In this document: positions 18,755 to 28,314 of the stretch, in pieces
Numbering within the stretch: position 1 is the stretch's first letter
Layout: every line of letters begins with the position of its first letter
Assembly (NCBI GenBank): GCA_041586955.1
Contig: JBFGZE010000016.1
Coordinates: 1-47,721 of the forward strand
Length of the DNA: 47,721 nucleotides
Direction: 5' to 3'
From: Bacteriovoracaceae bacterium
GTDB lineage: Bacteria > Bdellovibrionota > Bacteriovoracia > Bacteriovoracales > Bacteriovoracaceae
Notes under the pieces: generated by a model
Seen by the model: the letters and a program-made list of their open reading frames with translations, nothing else
Told to the model about the DNA's origin: nothing
Databases searched by the model: none
Translations under genes and position numbers: made by a program

Positions 18755-19732
18755 TTAGAACATCCAATTTAATTGGTAGGATGCCACAGCAAAGAGAAAG
18801 AAAAGTCCTATTCCCAGAAAGTCGCCTAAAAAGCCCCACGCATTAGTTTCCTCAAATCGGTCTTTGACTACATTTAAGATGATTTTCTTTATGCCTATGG
18901 CCGTTGCGATACTACCCAAAAAGGCCATTAAAACGAGGTATAATTGTCCCATCGTCAGCGCCTCTTTGGTATTCTCGACAGTCGAAATGTGTGTTGGCCT
19001 GGACTTTTTCTTGTCGGCGAAAAAGGGAGTTGTTTGAACTGGTGAATGACTCATTGGGGTCTGGGATGAATTCAATTCCCCGCGTTGGTATTGTTCCATT
19101 TTTCGCATATGTTTTGAGTCGGGAATTTTATGCTTACTGCCAGCTGTCAATTGGCCTTGGGGTTGGAATTGGAAAACTCCAGAGACCGAAATATCATCAC
19201 CGATTAAAAACTCATTACCGGCGAGAGTTTTATTCCAATTGAGGTTGAAGTCAGATCTCTTAATGATACTCGAAAATTTGGCAAAAATATTAAGGCGTTT
19301 CCAAGTGTCTTTTTTGATCGCCGTCTTTTGAATGTTAAAGCTTGCTTTTCGCCTTTGCCCTTTAATGACAAGCTCTCCGTCGACCTTATATACATTGGGT
19401 GCCTGAACAATAATAGTATGACTTTTAAAGTGAATAAGCGGCCATTTCTCTACTGCGAAAAAATCCTTATCTCGAAGGTGCCCATCTCGCATTTTATTGC
19501 CGGTAAAAATAGATTTTGCCTGTAATTCGATGGTGACATCGTGAATTTCCTCTGTTTGCTTATCATAAATCATCTCACCACTAAAGCTCAGGAAACGACC
19601 ATTTAATTGCGCCATTCCCATATAGGGGACCTGAAAATTGATTTCCGAATGATCATCATTAATAGACCAAATTTGGGATTCAGCAGAAAGGGAAAAGCTC
19701 AATAAAAAAAAGATAGGGATAAATATTTGCAT
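18755..19732 (-). CDS. YceI-family protein with C-terminal extension and two TM helices
   Basis: W.I...HS.I.F, G.F..F.G, SI.TG...RD.HLR..DFF, RSDF; hydrophobic C-terminal helices. Confidence 0.88.
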   Translation of the reverse strand: MQIFIPIFFLLSFSLSAESQIWSINDDHSEINFQVPYMGMAQLNGRFLSFSGEMIYDKQTEEIHDVTIELQAKSIFTGNKMRDGHLRDKDFFAVEKWPLIHFKSHTIIVQAPNVYKVDGELVIKGQRRKASFNIQKTAIKKDTWKRLNIFAKFSSIIKRSDFNLNWNKTLAGNEFLIGDDISVSGVFQFQPQGQLTAGSKHKIPDSKHMRKMEQYQRGELNSSQTPMSHSPVQTTPFFADKKKSRPTHISTVENTKEALTMGQLYLVLMAFLGSIATAIGIKKIILNVVKDRFEETNAWGFLGDFLGIGLFFLFAVASYQLNWMF

Positions 19733-19771
19733 GAACGAACTTTAACAAAGTCTCATCACTTTTGCATTTTT

Positions 19772-20662
19772 TTAAAATTTATAAGCGATGGCAAACTTAC
19801 CGTTTATTAAAGTCGTGTCTTGAGGTTCGGTATCACTAAATGATTCCGTTACATGCATCGCTTCGACCGCTAAGTCAAAAGTCCACGCCTTGAGGCCTTC
19901 CTTATTTTGTTGGATACCAATTCGGGCAATAGGTAAGGAATAAGCGGTTCCTGTACTGATAAACTCATCAATAGTACTAGCTGATCGGCCATAGGTCATT
20001 CCCAGTGCTATAAATATGTTTTTTTGAGAATTTCTCATGCGATCAAAATGAAATTGCATCTCTGCAACTCCTAAATAACGATTGGTGAGAACATCAATAA
20101 GAGGGTCTGTATAAGAGACAAGTTCCCGGTCATAGCGCAGGCCCAAATCCAATTCCCAGCGGTAATGGAACTTAAAGACATAAAAAATTCCAAATTGTAG
20201 ACCTGAGCGTTCACCGCTACGCTCGGCATCTGTTTCGGTGACAGATTCAGAAATTCCACTGGTCAGATTACCGCGCACCATCCAGGTTGATTTTTTACCA
20301 CTATTCATAAAGCTAATTTGCTCGAGAGATTGCCCCTGTATCTGTCCAGCATCTCTAATACCGGCCAACTCAATTGAACCGGTAAATACCACGTAATCAC
20401 CTTTACGAAAGGGGACCGAACCACGAGGGTCATGGATTTTCCATACAGAATAAAAACGCGTGACTTCATAAGCTCGCGCCTTAAAGGCCGAGCTTTCCGT
20501 ACTAAAGAGAGATTCTTGACCCCAAGTAATTCCTTCTCGAGCTCCGGAGCGAATAGCAAAGGTTTGACCTGACTGGCTCACCGATTGAATGATCACCAAT
20601 TTATCCGCGGCCTGAAGTCCTAATTGCGCGAGAATAAGGAGAAGGAAGAGAAATATTTTCAT
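19772..20662 (-). CDS. Putative outer-membrane beta-barrel protein with N-terminal soluble domain
   Basis: Signal peptide, amphipathic beta-strands in the C-terminal half, terminal Y-K-F. Confidence 0.7.
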   Translation of the reverse strand: MKIFLFLLLILAQLGLQAADKLVIIQSVSQSGQTFAIRSGAREGITWGQESLFSTESSAFKARAYEVTRFYSVWKIHDPRGSVPFRKGDYVVFTGSIELAGIRDAGQIQGQSLEQISFMNSGKKSTWMVRGNLTSGISESVTETDAERSGERSGLQFGIFYVFKFHYRWELDLGLRYDRELVSYTDPLIDVLTNRYLGVAEMQFHFDRMRNSQKNIFIALGMTYGRSASTIDEFISTGTAYSLPIARIGIQQNKEGLKAWTFDLAVEAMHVTESFSDTEPQDTTLINGKFAIAYKF

Positions 20663-20871
20663 ATATTTATTGTACTGGACTAGCAAAGTATCCGCCGTTA
20701 AGGGCAAGAATCGCCTGGAATGCCCACTTTATGGGGTAGTTTTACCATTTGTAGAGAAAGTGTGAATGGCCTTGAATGGCTCTTAAGCTCCTAATAACGG
20801 GCGAAAACGGGATTCCGTTTGGTTTAATAAAAAGGTTTTATAAGACAATAAATAAGAGGGAAGTGGAGTAT

Positions 20872-20899
20872 TAAAGTCAGTTTTTTGTTTGGGCGATAA
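20872..20899 (+). promoter_or_regulatory. Putative sigma-28 (FliA) promoter of the giant lipoprotein gene
   Basis: TAAAG-N15-GGCGATAA, ending about 28 nt before ATG 20927. Confidence 0.55.
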
Positions 20900-20926
20900 G
20901 CCTTTGAGAAATAACGTCGGGTGCGA

Positions 20927-23900
20927 ATGAAATTGAGTGTTTTGAACCTATTTTTATTAATTTTAGCTTTCGCTTTAAGCTCTTGCTTAGGGGGAACAAA
21001 ATCACCAAAAACCAAGGCCAGCTGTGGCCTAGGGCAAGTTTTTAATGCCCTCTCACGCAATTGTGAAGGTGCAGTCATTGGTGAAGTCCCTCCTTCCCTG
21101 ACATTAAAGACTGTCAATTTTCTTGAAGATCCAGGCACTCAAGCGGTGAGCTTATTATACACTGACTATAATTCTGACCCCGCGACTGCGTGTACCGCCA
21201 GTTCCTCAAAACTTGGCCTCATTAAAAACTTATCCTTCAACAGTATTACTTACACCACTAATTCTGATGTCGAAAAATATGTTCAATTTCGTTATGTGGA
21301 TACCGGTGCTTTGTCTGTGACGGTCACCCCCAGCGGTAATTATGAATATATCACTGTCAATATTGATGATGGTGTGACCTTGGCCTCCGCCATTATTGCC
21401 GCTATTAATGGCGATGGAGATAATGATTGTACCGATGGCGATGCTAGTTGTTTGGTGACCGCGTCCTTAACTGGAGCTGATGCGGCCGAGTCCGAAAATT
21501 TAACTTTTCAAGAAATTAACCAAATGACTTGTTCCTGTGCTGCAGGTATTTGTACCGCTCAGGTGACACCCACTGATCATTATAATTCTGTGCTCGATGG
21601 AGATACTTTTTTTCAATATACTCTCACTGACAATGATGGAACTTCAGATCCTGCCACTGTCGCTGTTACCATAAGTTCAGTTAATGATGTGCCTACTGCC
21701 TCGGTTGGTGACTTCACCATTGAAGAAGATTACTCTAATAGTTATGTTTATCCGACACTTGACCTTCAAACTCTTTCTGTCGCCGCACCTTTATTGGCTG
21801 CAACAGCGGTAACTGTCGATGATAGTGCTGATCATACTTTAAATTCAGCACTTATATTTTCCAAAGTGAGCGACCCTGCCAATGGAACCCTGACTCTTAA
21901 TGCTGATGGTACTTTTGTCTATACACCGACTGCAGAGTATTCAGGTGGGGATACCTTTACTTATAAGGTGACTGATCCCGATTCGGCAGATTCGACAACA
22001 GAAACCATTACCATCACAGTTAATAATCTTGAAGATGTACCAGTTAATACTATGGCCAGCCTTTCAGATTTTAATGAAGATACTAAAGCTTCTGGTGGGA
22101 CAGATATTGTAACTTTAAGCTATACAGACGCAGAAGGAGATGATGCCGAAACTTGTGGGATCGATGCTGTTTCCAAGGTTTATATCTCAACAGCTTGTTC
22201 TTGTACCGGTGCAGGGGTTTGTACTGTCGGTGTCACGGCCTATCCTAATGCCACTGGTGCCGCTACTTTTGATTATCATGTTGACGATACAGATAAAGGG
22301 AATTCTTCAGTTAGCTCCAGCGTTAGCTTCAATCTAACGGCCGTAAATGATGGCCCCTTTGCTTTTCCTATTATTGATGCGGCATCCGCTAATCGCGGTG
22401 CTAACGGTAATGTCGAATTTGCTGAATCGAATTCTCATATTCCAAACGCTATTACTTTTACTCTGGCAACTGCCACTGATGTGGATGATACCGTTAGCTC
22501 TTATGAAATAGTCGATTCCCCGGCCAATGGTACCTTAGTCGATTGTATGGATCTTACAGGATCAACTGGTAGCACTGACTTAACTTGTACTTATACGCCT
22601 AAAGATGGCAATATCAATAATGGGGGCGGTGGAACGCAGGCGACGGGAGATTTTCCCGGAGCTGGGGAAGTTACTTTTACCGCTAATACTTATGGGATTT
22701 TTGGCAATACGCTAACTGTTGAATTCGTTAATGCGGATAATCTAACAGGTGGCGGTGACGAATATGCTTGGGTTGAAGATGGAATTAATATTCGCATCTT
22801 AATGAAGACCGGTGTATCCACTCAGGCCGACATTGTCACAGCAGTCGCCGCTTCCACTGAGGCGTCGGCCTTAGTGACAGCTATTGCCGGGACTCCTGCA
22901 AATACTGTTACTCTTATGGCCCAAGCCAATTTGGCAGGTGGTACAGATACCGCCGATTATTTTACTTATAAAGTAAAGGATGCCAGCGGTACTTATTCAG
23001 CAACGTCAACGATCGCCATTTCTATCACTCCGACAGATGATTTTCCTATGGTTTGTGGTTATAGCTCTTATGGTGATGCCCCAGAATGTGGACTTGCAGG
23101 TTGCATCGGTAATGACACACCAATTGGTAATATTACTCCTAGTACCAGTGGCCTTTATTATTATGATTCAAGCTCCAGTGCTTGTTGGAAGTCTAATACC
23201 GCCGTTACTGATCTATGGGAATTGACCGCTAATTATATTCCCAATCAAACGATTAATGAGCAATCGACTGTAATTATCGATAAAATTAAAATTGATGAAG
23301 GTGGCGGAGATGCCGCTGAAAATGCCCAGGGCATGTCTATTTCCGCGGCCAGTAGTAGTGATGGAACCTTAATACCAACAACCAATATCGATGTTTATTA
23401 TAATGGTGCCTTAGTCGGAAATTTAGGGGCCCTCCCGCTCGCTATTGGTGATGGCGCTGCTTCTGCTGATGCCAGTGATTTTAAAATTGTTATTACTCCA
23501 GCTGGGGGACAATTTGGTTCTTCAACTATTTCTTTAACATTCAGTGATGGCACTAACACTGATGCTGTTAACTTTTCTGTGACCGTTAATAATTCCTCGG
23601 CCCAGCATGGTGGTTGGGCAAATATCTCCGCAGTAGGGCCTAAGGTTAATAAATTCTCACAAGTGAAAGAAGACCGTTATGTTTGTAATTATTCACGCGC
23701 CCTATGTGAAAGTGGCAGTGAATGTAAGGGAAGCGGATCACCGGTCGGCAATTCGAATATGGATCCTGATGATATTGATTCTATCTATTTTGACTCAACT
23801 AATTCTACTTGTTATCGAGTTGATTACGACAGTGTAGATGTTGATATTCAAAATATTACTTATGTTTCTCGAAAGCCTTCAGGCGCTAGTATCACTTATA

Positions 23901-26332
23901 CAAGTGGCGGCACGGCAGGCAGTGAATCTGTTTCTGTGAGTGGTACTGATATTACTATCCAAATAGATGATGGTGTTTCCACTGCAAACCAAATCATTAC
24001 GGCCCTCTTAGCTGATTCCGAGGCATCAAAATTAGTAGAGGCCAAAACATCTTCGGGGGCCACGGCGCAATCAACGAACGCTTTAACGGCGATTGGTACT
24101 TTTGATAATTCCAATTGGATTCCTTTACAAAGTTATTGCAATATTTCACCCTCAGATTTTGAGGCATCCTGTGCCGTCACTGGGACGACTTGTATGGGCG
24201 AGGGAGACGCCAATACCGTTATTGGTCAGGCCAGCTCTCTCGATAGTTATTATTATGATATCACCAATGATGTTTGTTATCGTTCCGTTGAAGTTGATGG
24301 TGGAGGAGATGATTGGGCCACATATAATGCTACTGGTGAAACCACTCTCGATTGGCTTACCTTTACTGTCAGTGGGACGGCCTCTATTAGCGAATACCGG
24401 GTCTACCGTCGCTTGGCCGGCGATAGTTTTGATTATGATTCACCGATTAACCGTGAGACGATTTCTAGTACTACCACGGCCTACACCGATAATTACGCCA
24501 ATTCTTATTATGCTCCGGTACCTGGCACCGTTTATTATTATGAAGTGAGACCTGTACTGAACTCAATAGCGACGGACACCTCCCAGGTCTTTAAAACGGC
24601 GCGTGTTATGGTTCCACCGGACAATATGTCCTTTGTTCATCAATGGATTGCCAATCAAGAAATATGTGAATTAATGCAAGCAACACCGGATCCATCTAAT
24701 AATTTTCGTTGTGTTTACGACGGCCCAGGCGGTGACTCCACCCTCGCACCAGGAAGTAATTTTTATGATATTGGACAAGATTTATTGGTAGATCGCTTTG
24801 AAGCGGGTTGTAATTATTCTGCATCTCCAATATGCGATACCCCCGACGGTTCTTGTATTGATATGGGTACTCCTAATGCTGTTGTGACCGCGGCCATCAA
24901 TAGTATTTACTACGACCGCTCATCAGGGATTTGTTATATTAATACCGATGGAGCGACTGCTTGGTCTCAATATACCGGCGCAACAGCGATGGCCGGTTAT
25001 TCTCGCGCAGAATTACCTCCACTTGTGCATATATCACAAACTCAATCTGATACCTTTTGTTCTGGAGCGACAAGTATTAGCAATGTTCTTGGTTATACCG
25101 GTGCAATTAGCAAACAATTGCCATCACGTAAGCAACAAATTGCTTATTCTATTTGGGATGACGATGCCAATACCGATTCTGATATAACCAATTTAGAAAT
25201 TGGTCTTTCCATTAACTCTTCGTCTAAATGTAACTCCAGCACTGCTAATGGTGTATCCGGTAATTATAGTGATGTTCAGATTCCCGATTCGAATTCTTTT
25301 TACACCTTACCTGGGTCGGCAACGTCCAGTATTCGCTCTCTCATGACAGGATCAAGCCTCACTGAGAGTTGCGTGAGCCGATTTGGAATCCAAGATCATG
25401 TGGGTAATGTCAATGAGTGGACTACCGACCGAATTGTCTGCCCATCCCCCTATATTTGTACCTCGGTTCTTAATGGTGACCCCGAGGCATTAGCGTCAAC
25501 CACCAATGACTTTAGAAATGGCGATGGCAGTGATACTGATTTTGTTCAATATGCTCTTAATGGAATCATTGGCCCTTGTATCGATGCCGACGCAGATAGC
25601 GTTTGTGATACCTCCTTAGGCACATGGACCATCCAAGACGAATATTATGATGGTGGCCGCTTTATTGTGCCTATGGGCCTAATTGCCGATGTCGATTTTC
25701 CTTCCGATTTTCCCGCTAGTGATGCCGGAGACTTTATGCTCGAAATTGGCCCAAGTTCGGGGATCTCAACTGATAAGCTTCATTATGATACTGTCGCGAT
25801 TTATTCACAGGCACAATATGGGGAGACCAATAATTGTGGCGCAATGGCGACTGGAGGCGGTTATACAGATGGTACCGGCGGCGGTGTGTGGACTCAGAAG
25901 ATTTTCCCTTGTACAGATGTGAACGGTTATTTGGTCTTTAATAATAGTGATAGCGTCTATTATGTCGTGTCTAATTCGACCTCGCTGACACCATCCCTGA
26001 CATTAACAGATCCGGCAGCGATCAATCAGGTGCTCTCTTTGAGTGCGAATACTTCAACCGGTGTGGTAAATGTAAATCTTGATACCGATGGTGCAGGTGT
26101 TATCACCACAACTCCCGCCGCCTTGGTGGCCGCCATTAATGGTGATGGCGATGGGGATTGTAGTGATGGGGATGCGAGTTGTTTGATCACCATTTCCACG
26201 CTAACTCTTGGCGTAAATCCTGTCGTGGCGATGAGTAATACTACTTTAGATACCACTCATGCCAAGGCCTCCCAGGTCGACGTCGGTTTTCGCTGTATTG
26301 CACCAGTTAACTCGGGTAATTATGGTAATTAA
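20927..26332 (+). CDS. Giant mosaic surface lipoprotein/adhesin (Ig/cadherin-like repeats, Cys-rich repeats, C-terminal FGE/C-type-lectin-fold domain)
   Basis: ALSSC lipobox; VND.P and P.NGTLTLNADGTF.YTP...Y.G.DTFTY Ig-like repeats; VDRFEA, LPSRKQ, RFGIQDHVGNVNEW and terminal VGFRC FGE-like motifs. Confidence 0.88.
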   Translation: MKLSVLNLFLLILAFALSSCLGGTKSPKTKASCGLGQVFNALSRNCEGAVIGEVPPSLTLKTVNFLEDPGTQAVSLLYTDYNSDPATACTASSSKLGLIKNLSFNSITYTTNSDVEKYVQFRYVDTGALSVTVTPSGNYEYITVNIDDGVTLASAIIAAINGDGDNDCTDGDASCLVTASLTGADAAESENLTFQEINQMTCSCAAGICTAQVTPTDHYNSVLDGDTFFQYTLTDNDGTSDPATVAVTISSVNDVPTASVGDFTIEEDYSNSYVYPTLDLQTLSVAAPLLAATAVTVDDSADHTLNSALIFSKVSDPANGTLTLNADGTFVYTPTAEYSGGDTFTYKVTDPDSADSTTETITITVNNLEDVPVNTMASLSDFNEDTKASGGTDIVTLSYTDAEGDDAETCGIDAVSKVYISTACSCTGAGVCTVGVTAYPNATGAATFDYHVDDTDKGNSSVSSSVSFNLTAVNDGPFAFPIIDAASANRGANGNVEFAESNSHIPNAITFTLATATDVDDTVSSYEIVDSPANGTLVDCMDLTGSTGSTDLTCTYTPKDGNINNGGGGTQATGDFPGAGEVTFTANTYGIFGNTLTVEFVNADNLTGGGDEYAWVEDGINIRILMKTGVSTQADIVTAVAASTEASALVTAIAGTPANTVTLMAQANLAGGTDTADYFTYKVKDASGTYSATSTIAISITPTDDFPMVCGYSSYGDAPECGLAGCIGNDTPIGNITPSTSGLYYYDSSSSACWKSNTAVTDLWELTANYIPNQTINEQSTVIIDKIKIDEGGGDAAENAQGMSISAASSSDGTLIPTTNIDVYYNGALVGNLGALPLAIGDGAASADASDFKIVITPAGGQFGSSTISLTFSDGTNTDAVNFSVTVNNSSAQHGGWANISAVGPKVNKFSQVKEDRYVCNYSRALCESGSECKGSGSPVGNSNMDPDDIDSIYFDSTNSTCYRVDYDSVDVDIQNITYVSRKPSGASITYTSGGTAGSESVSVSGTDITIQIDDGVSTANQIITALLADSEASKLVEAKTSSGATAQSTNALTAIGTFDNSNWIPLQSYCNISPSDFEASCAVTGTTCMGEGDANTVIGQASSLDSYYYDITNDVCYRSVEVDGGGDDWATYNATGETTLDWLTFTVSGTASISEYRVYRRLAGDSFDYDSPINRETISSTTTAYTDNYANSYYAPVPGTVYYYEVRPVLNSIATDTSQVFKTARVMVPPDNMSFVHQWIANQEICELMQATPDPSNNFRCVYDGPGGDSTLAPGSNFYDIGQDLLVDRFEAGCNYSASPICDTPDGSCIDMGTPNAVVTAAINSIYYDRSSGICYINTDGATAWSQYTGATAMAGYSRAELPPLVHISQTQSDTFCSGATSISNVLGYTGAISKQLPSRKQQIAYSIWDDDANTDSDITNLEIGLSINSSSKCNSSTANGVSGNYSDVQIPDSNSFYTLPGSATSSIRSLMTGSSLTESCVSRFGIQDHVGNVNEWTTDRIVCPSPYICTSVLNGDPEALASTTNDFRNGDGSDTDFVQYALNGIIGPCIDADADSVCDTSLGTWTIQDEYYDGGRFIVPMGLIADVDFPSDFPASDAGDFMLEIGPSSGISTDKLHYDTVAIYSQAQYGETNNCGAMATGGGYTDGTGGGVWTQKIFPCTDVNGYLVFNNSDSVYYVVSNSTSLTPSLTLTDPAAINQVLSLSANTSTGVVNVNLDTDGAGVITTTPAALVAAINGDGDGDCSDGDASCLITISTLTLGVNPVVAMSNTTLDTTHAKASQVDVGFRCIAPVNSGNYGN

Positions 26333-26417
26333 TTCCCCTGTTAAATCTCATATTAAATCTTAAAGCGCCACTCCGATAAGAAAGGTAATACGCAATTACC
26401 CAGAGGGAGGTTGAGTC

Positions 26418-27059
26418 GTGTACGAAAAACTTAATGCTCAATTAAGAGCTCCTAAATCAGATGCTCCACTGAGAACTATGAGAAGAGACGGATTTATTCC
26501 GGGGATTATCTATGGTAAAAACTTGGAGCCTATTAGCTTTAAAGTCAAAACGATTGACTTTAAAAAATTTATGTCTCATTCGGTCAAAGTATTTGAAGTT
26601 ACTTTAGATGGACAGGGAACACATTTGGTCAATATCGATCAATTGCAAAGAGATAATATGGGGAATGAAATTCTTCACCTTTCTCTTCATAAATTAGAGG
26701 CCAATCAAAAAACAATAGTAAAAGTTCCTTTAGTTCTTCATGGTCAAGCTCCAGGGCATAAGGCCGGTGGTATTTTGAACCAAATGCTCAATGAAGTGGA
26801 CGTTAAAGGTCTTCCTAAAGACATTCCCGAATTCATCGAAGTTGATATAACGACTCTCGAGCTACATGGTCATCTTTGCTTAAAAGATATAGAGTGCCCG
26901 GCCAATTTAGAATGGGCCCACGACCTTGATAGTAATATTGTTGGTTGCCATCCTCCGAAACAAGAAATTATCGAAGAGGAAACCATCGTTGAAACGACTG
27001 ATGCCGGAACAGGTCCAGTAGGTGACATTACACCAGCTGATGAAAAAGAAGCTGTTTAA
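26418..27059 (+). CDS. rplY: 50S ribosomal protein L25/general stress protein Ctc
   Basis: RRDGFIPGIIYG, VKVPL.L.G..PG.K.GG.L, LP.DIPE.IEVDIT.L; GGAGG RBS before GTG. Confidence 0.9.
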   Translation: MYEKLNAQLRAPKSDAPLRTMRRDGFIPGIIYGKNLEPISFKVKTIDFKKFMSHSVKVFEVTLDGQGTHLVNIDQLQRDNMGNEILHLSLHKLEANQKTIVKVPLVLHGQAPGHKAGGILNQMLNEVDVKGLPKDIPEFIEVDITTLELHGHLCLKDIECPANLEWAHDLDSNIVGCHPPKQEIIEEETIVETTDAGTGPVGDITPADEKEAV

Positions 27060-27081
27060 TAAGACCAAAAATTTAAAAATG

Positions 27082-27112
27082 AGGGCCCAGGTTCACTTGG
27101 GCCCTTTTTTTT
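27082..27112 (+). terminator. Rho-independent terminator after rplY
   Basis: AGGGCCCAGG-ttca-CTTGGGCCCT followed by a T-tract. Confidence 0.9.
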
Positions 27113-27141
27113 GTTCTGCGTAGGGCCGCTTCATTATGTTT

Positions 27142-27150
27142 TGATATAAT
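27142..27150 (+). promoter_or_regulatory. Extended -10 element upstream of parA
   Basis: TG-A-TATAAT. Confidence 0.5.
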
Positions 27151-27172
27151 CACAAAGCAAGGGGCCAATATA

Positions 27173-28018
27173 ATGGGATTTTTAAAACGATTAAAAAAAG
27201 AGGCAGATATCATGCCTCATGGAAAAGTGATTAGTTTCCTCAATCAAAAAGGTGGGGTGGGGAAAACCACGATGGCCTTTAATACCGCTATGGCACTCAA
27301 GCAAAAGGGGTATAAAGTTTTGGCCCTGGATCTAGACCCGCAGGGGAATCTCAGTCAATTATTTAAGGCCGATCAAGGTAAAAACCTTTTTCACCTCTTA
27401 ATTAACTCTATTCGTGAATTACAGGCGTTGCATACGCCTTTAATGTGGCAAGATATACTCTATCAACATGAAGGGGTGGACCTCTTACCCGGTGGGCAAG
27501 ACCTATCTGGCTTTGAGCTAACTGTGGCCGGCATTCAGGCACCGCGCCAACTCATTTTAAAAAAGCTCATTGAGAAATGGGGCCTGCTCGAGCTTTACGA
27601 TTATATTATTATTGATGCCCCGCCGACTCTCGGACTTTTGGTGGTTAATATTTTATGTGCCACCTATGGGGTGATGATTCCCTTTCGTCCAGACCAATTT
27701 TCTTTTAAGGGTTTATCCCACTTTTATCATGTCCTCGAACAAGTTGAGGAAATGGGTATTACCCAGGTACCAAAAGTTCTGGCGCATATTCCCAATCTCG
27801 TCGATTTACGCCGCAAGCAAGAGGTGATTGATTTAAAAATGATTACTCTGGAGAGTGAGGAGATGGAAGTGCCAGTGGTGAATCCCTTTCTTAATCGTAA
27901 CCAATTGGTACGCTCCCAGGCCATGGGAAAATCAGTCTTTGCTTTCGAGTCACGAGAATTTAAGGGAATTCAGCAACAATTTAGAGAACTGGCGGATCTG
28001 ATCGCCACTTCTCATTAA
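27173..28018 (+). CDS. ParA/Soj-family ATPase (orphan)
   Basis: NQKGGVGKTT deviant Walker A, DLDPQGN, YDYIIIDAPP; alternative start at 27212. Confidence 0.92.
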   Translation: MGFLKRLKKEADIMPHGKVISFLNQKGGVGKTTMAFNTAMALKQKGYKVLALDLDPQGNLSQLFKADQGKNLFHLLINSIRELQALHTPLMWQDILYQHEGVDLLPGGQDLSGFELTVAGIQAPRQLILKKLIEKWGLLELYDYIIIDAPPTLGLLVVNILCATYGVMIPFRPDQFSFKGLSHFYHVLEQVEEMGITQVPKVLAHIPNLVDLRRKQEVIDLKMITLESEEMEVPVVNPFLNRNQLVRSQAMGKSVFAFESREFKGIQQQFRELADLIATSH

Positions 28019-28029
28019 GGAGACTATTG

Positions 28030-28305
28030 ATGAAAGGGTCAAAAAATCCACTTTTTGTGGTTAGTAATAAAGGGATGGATGTGGAAGAGGCAACAGGCCT
28101 TTTTGATGCCTTGGTCAAGAGATTCGGGCTGGGGCCATGGGTTGAATTGCTCAACTCTTATATCGAGACCTTTTTAATGATGGCGAGCAATTATGGCGCC
28201 TTTGTGGCCCTTAAGAAATATATCGATCAAGTCGTCGATTTAATTGAAGAATTGATCAAGAAAGTTGACCCTTTCCTGGCCTTTCAGCTATTCTACCGCC
28301 CATAA
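28030..28305 (+). CDS. Small hypothetical helical protein
   Basis: AGGAG RBS overlapping the parA stop; fills the gap before the convergent gene. Confidence 0.7.
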   Translation: MKGSKNPLFVVSNKGMDVEEATGLFDALVKRFGLGPWVELLNSYIETFLMMASNYGAFVALKKYIDQVVDLIEELIKKVDPFLAFQLFYRP

Positions 28306-28314
28306 GACGAAGAA

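Noticed and set aside
21390..26191. Two similar segments of about 70 nt in the giant gene as a possible DGR template/variable repeat pair
   Set aside because: Differences are mostly synonymous and not adenine-specific, both copies are in-frame coding, and there is no reverse transcriptase in the window.
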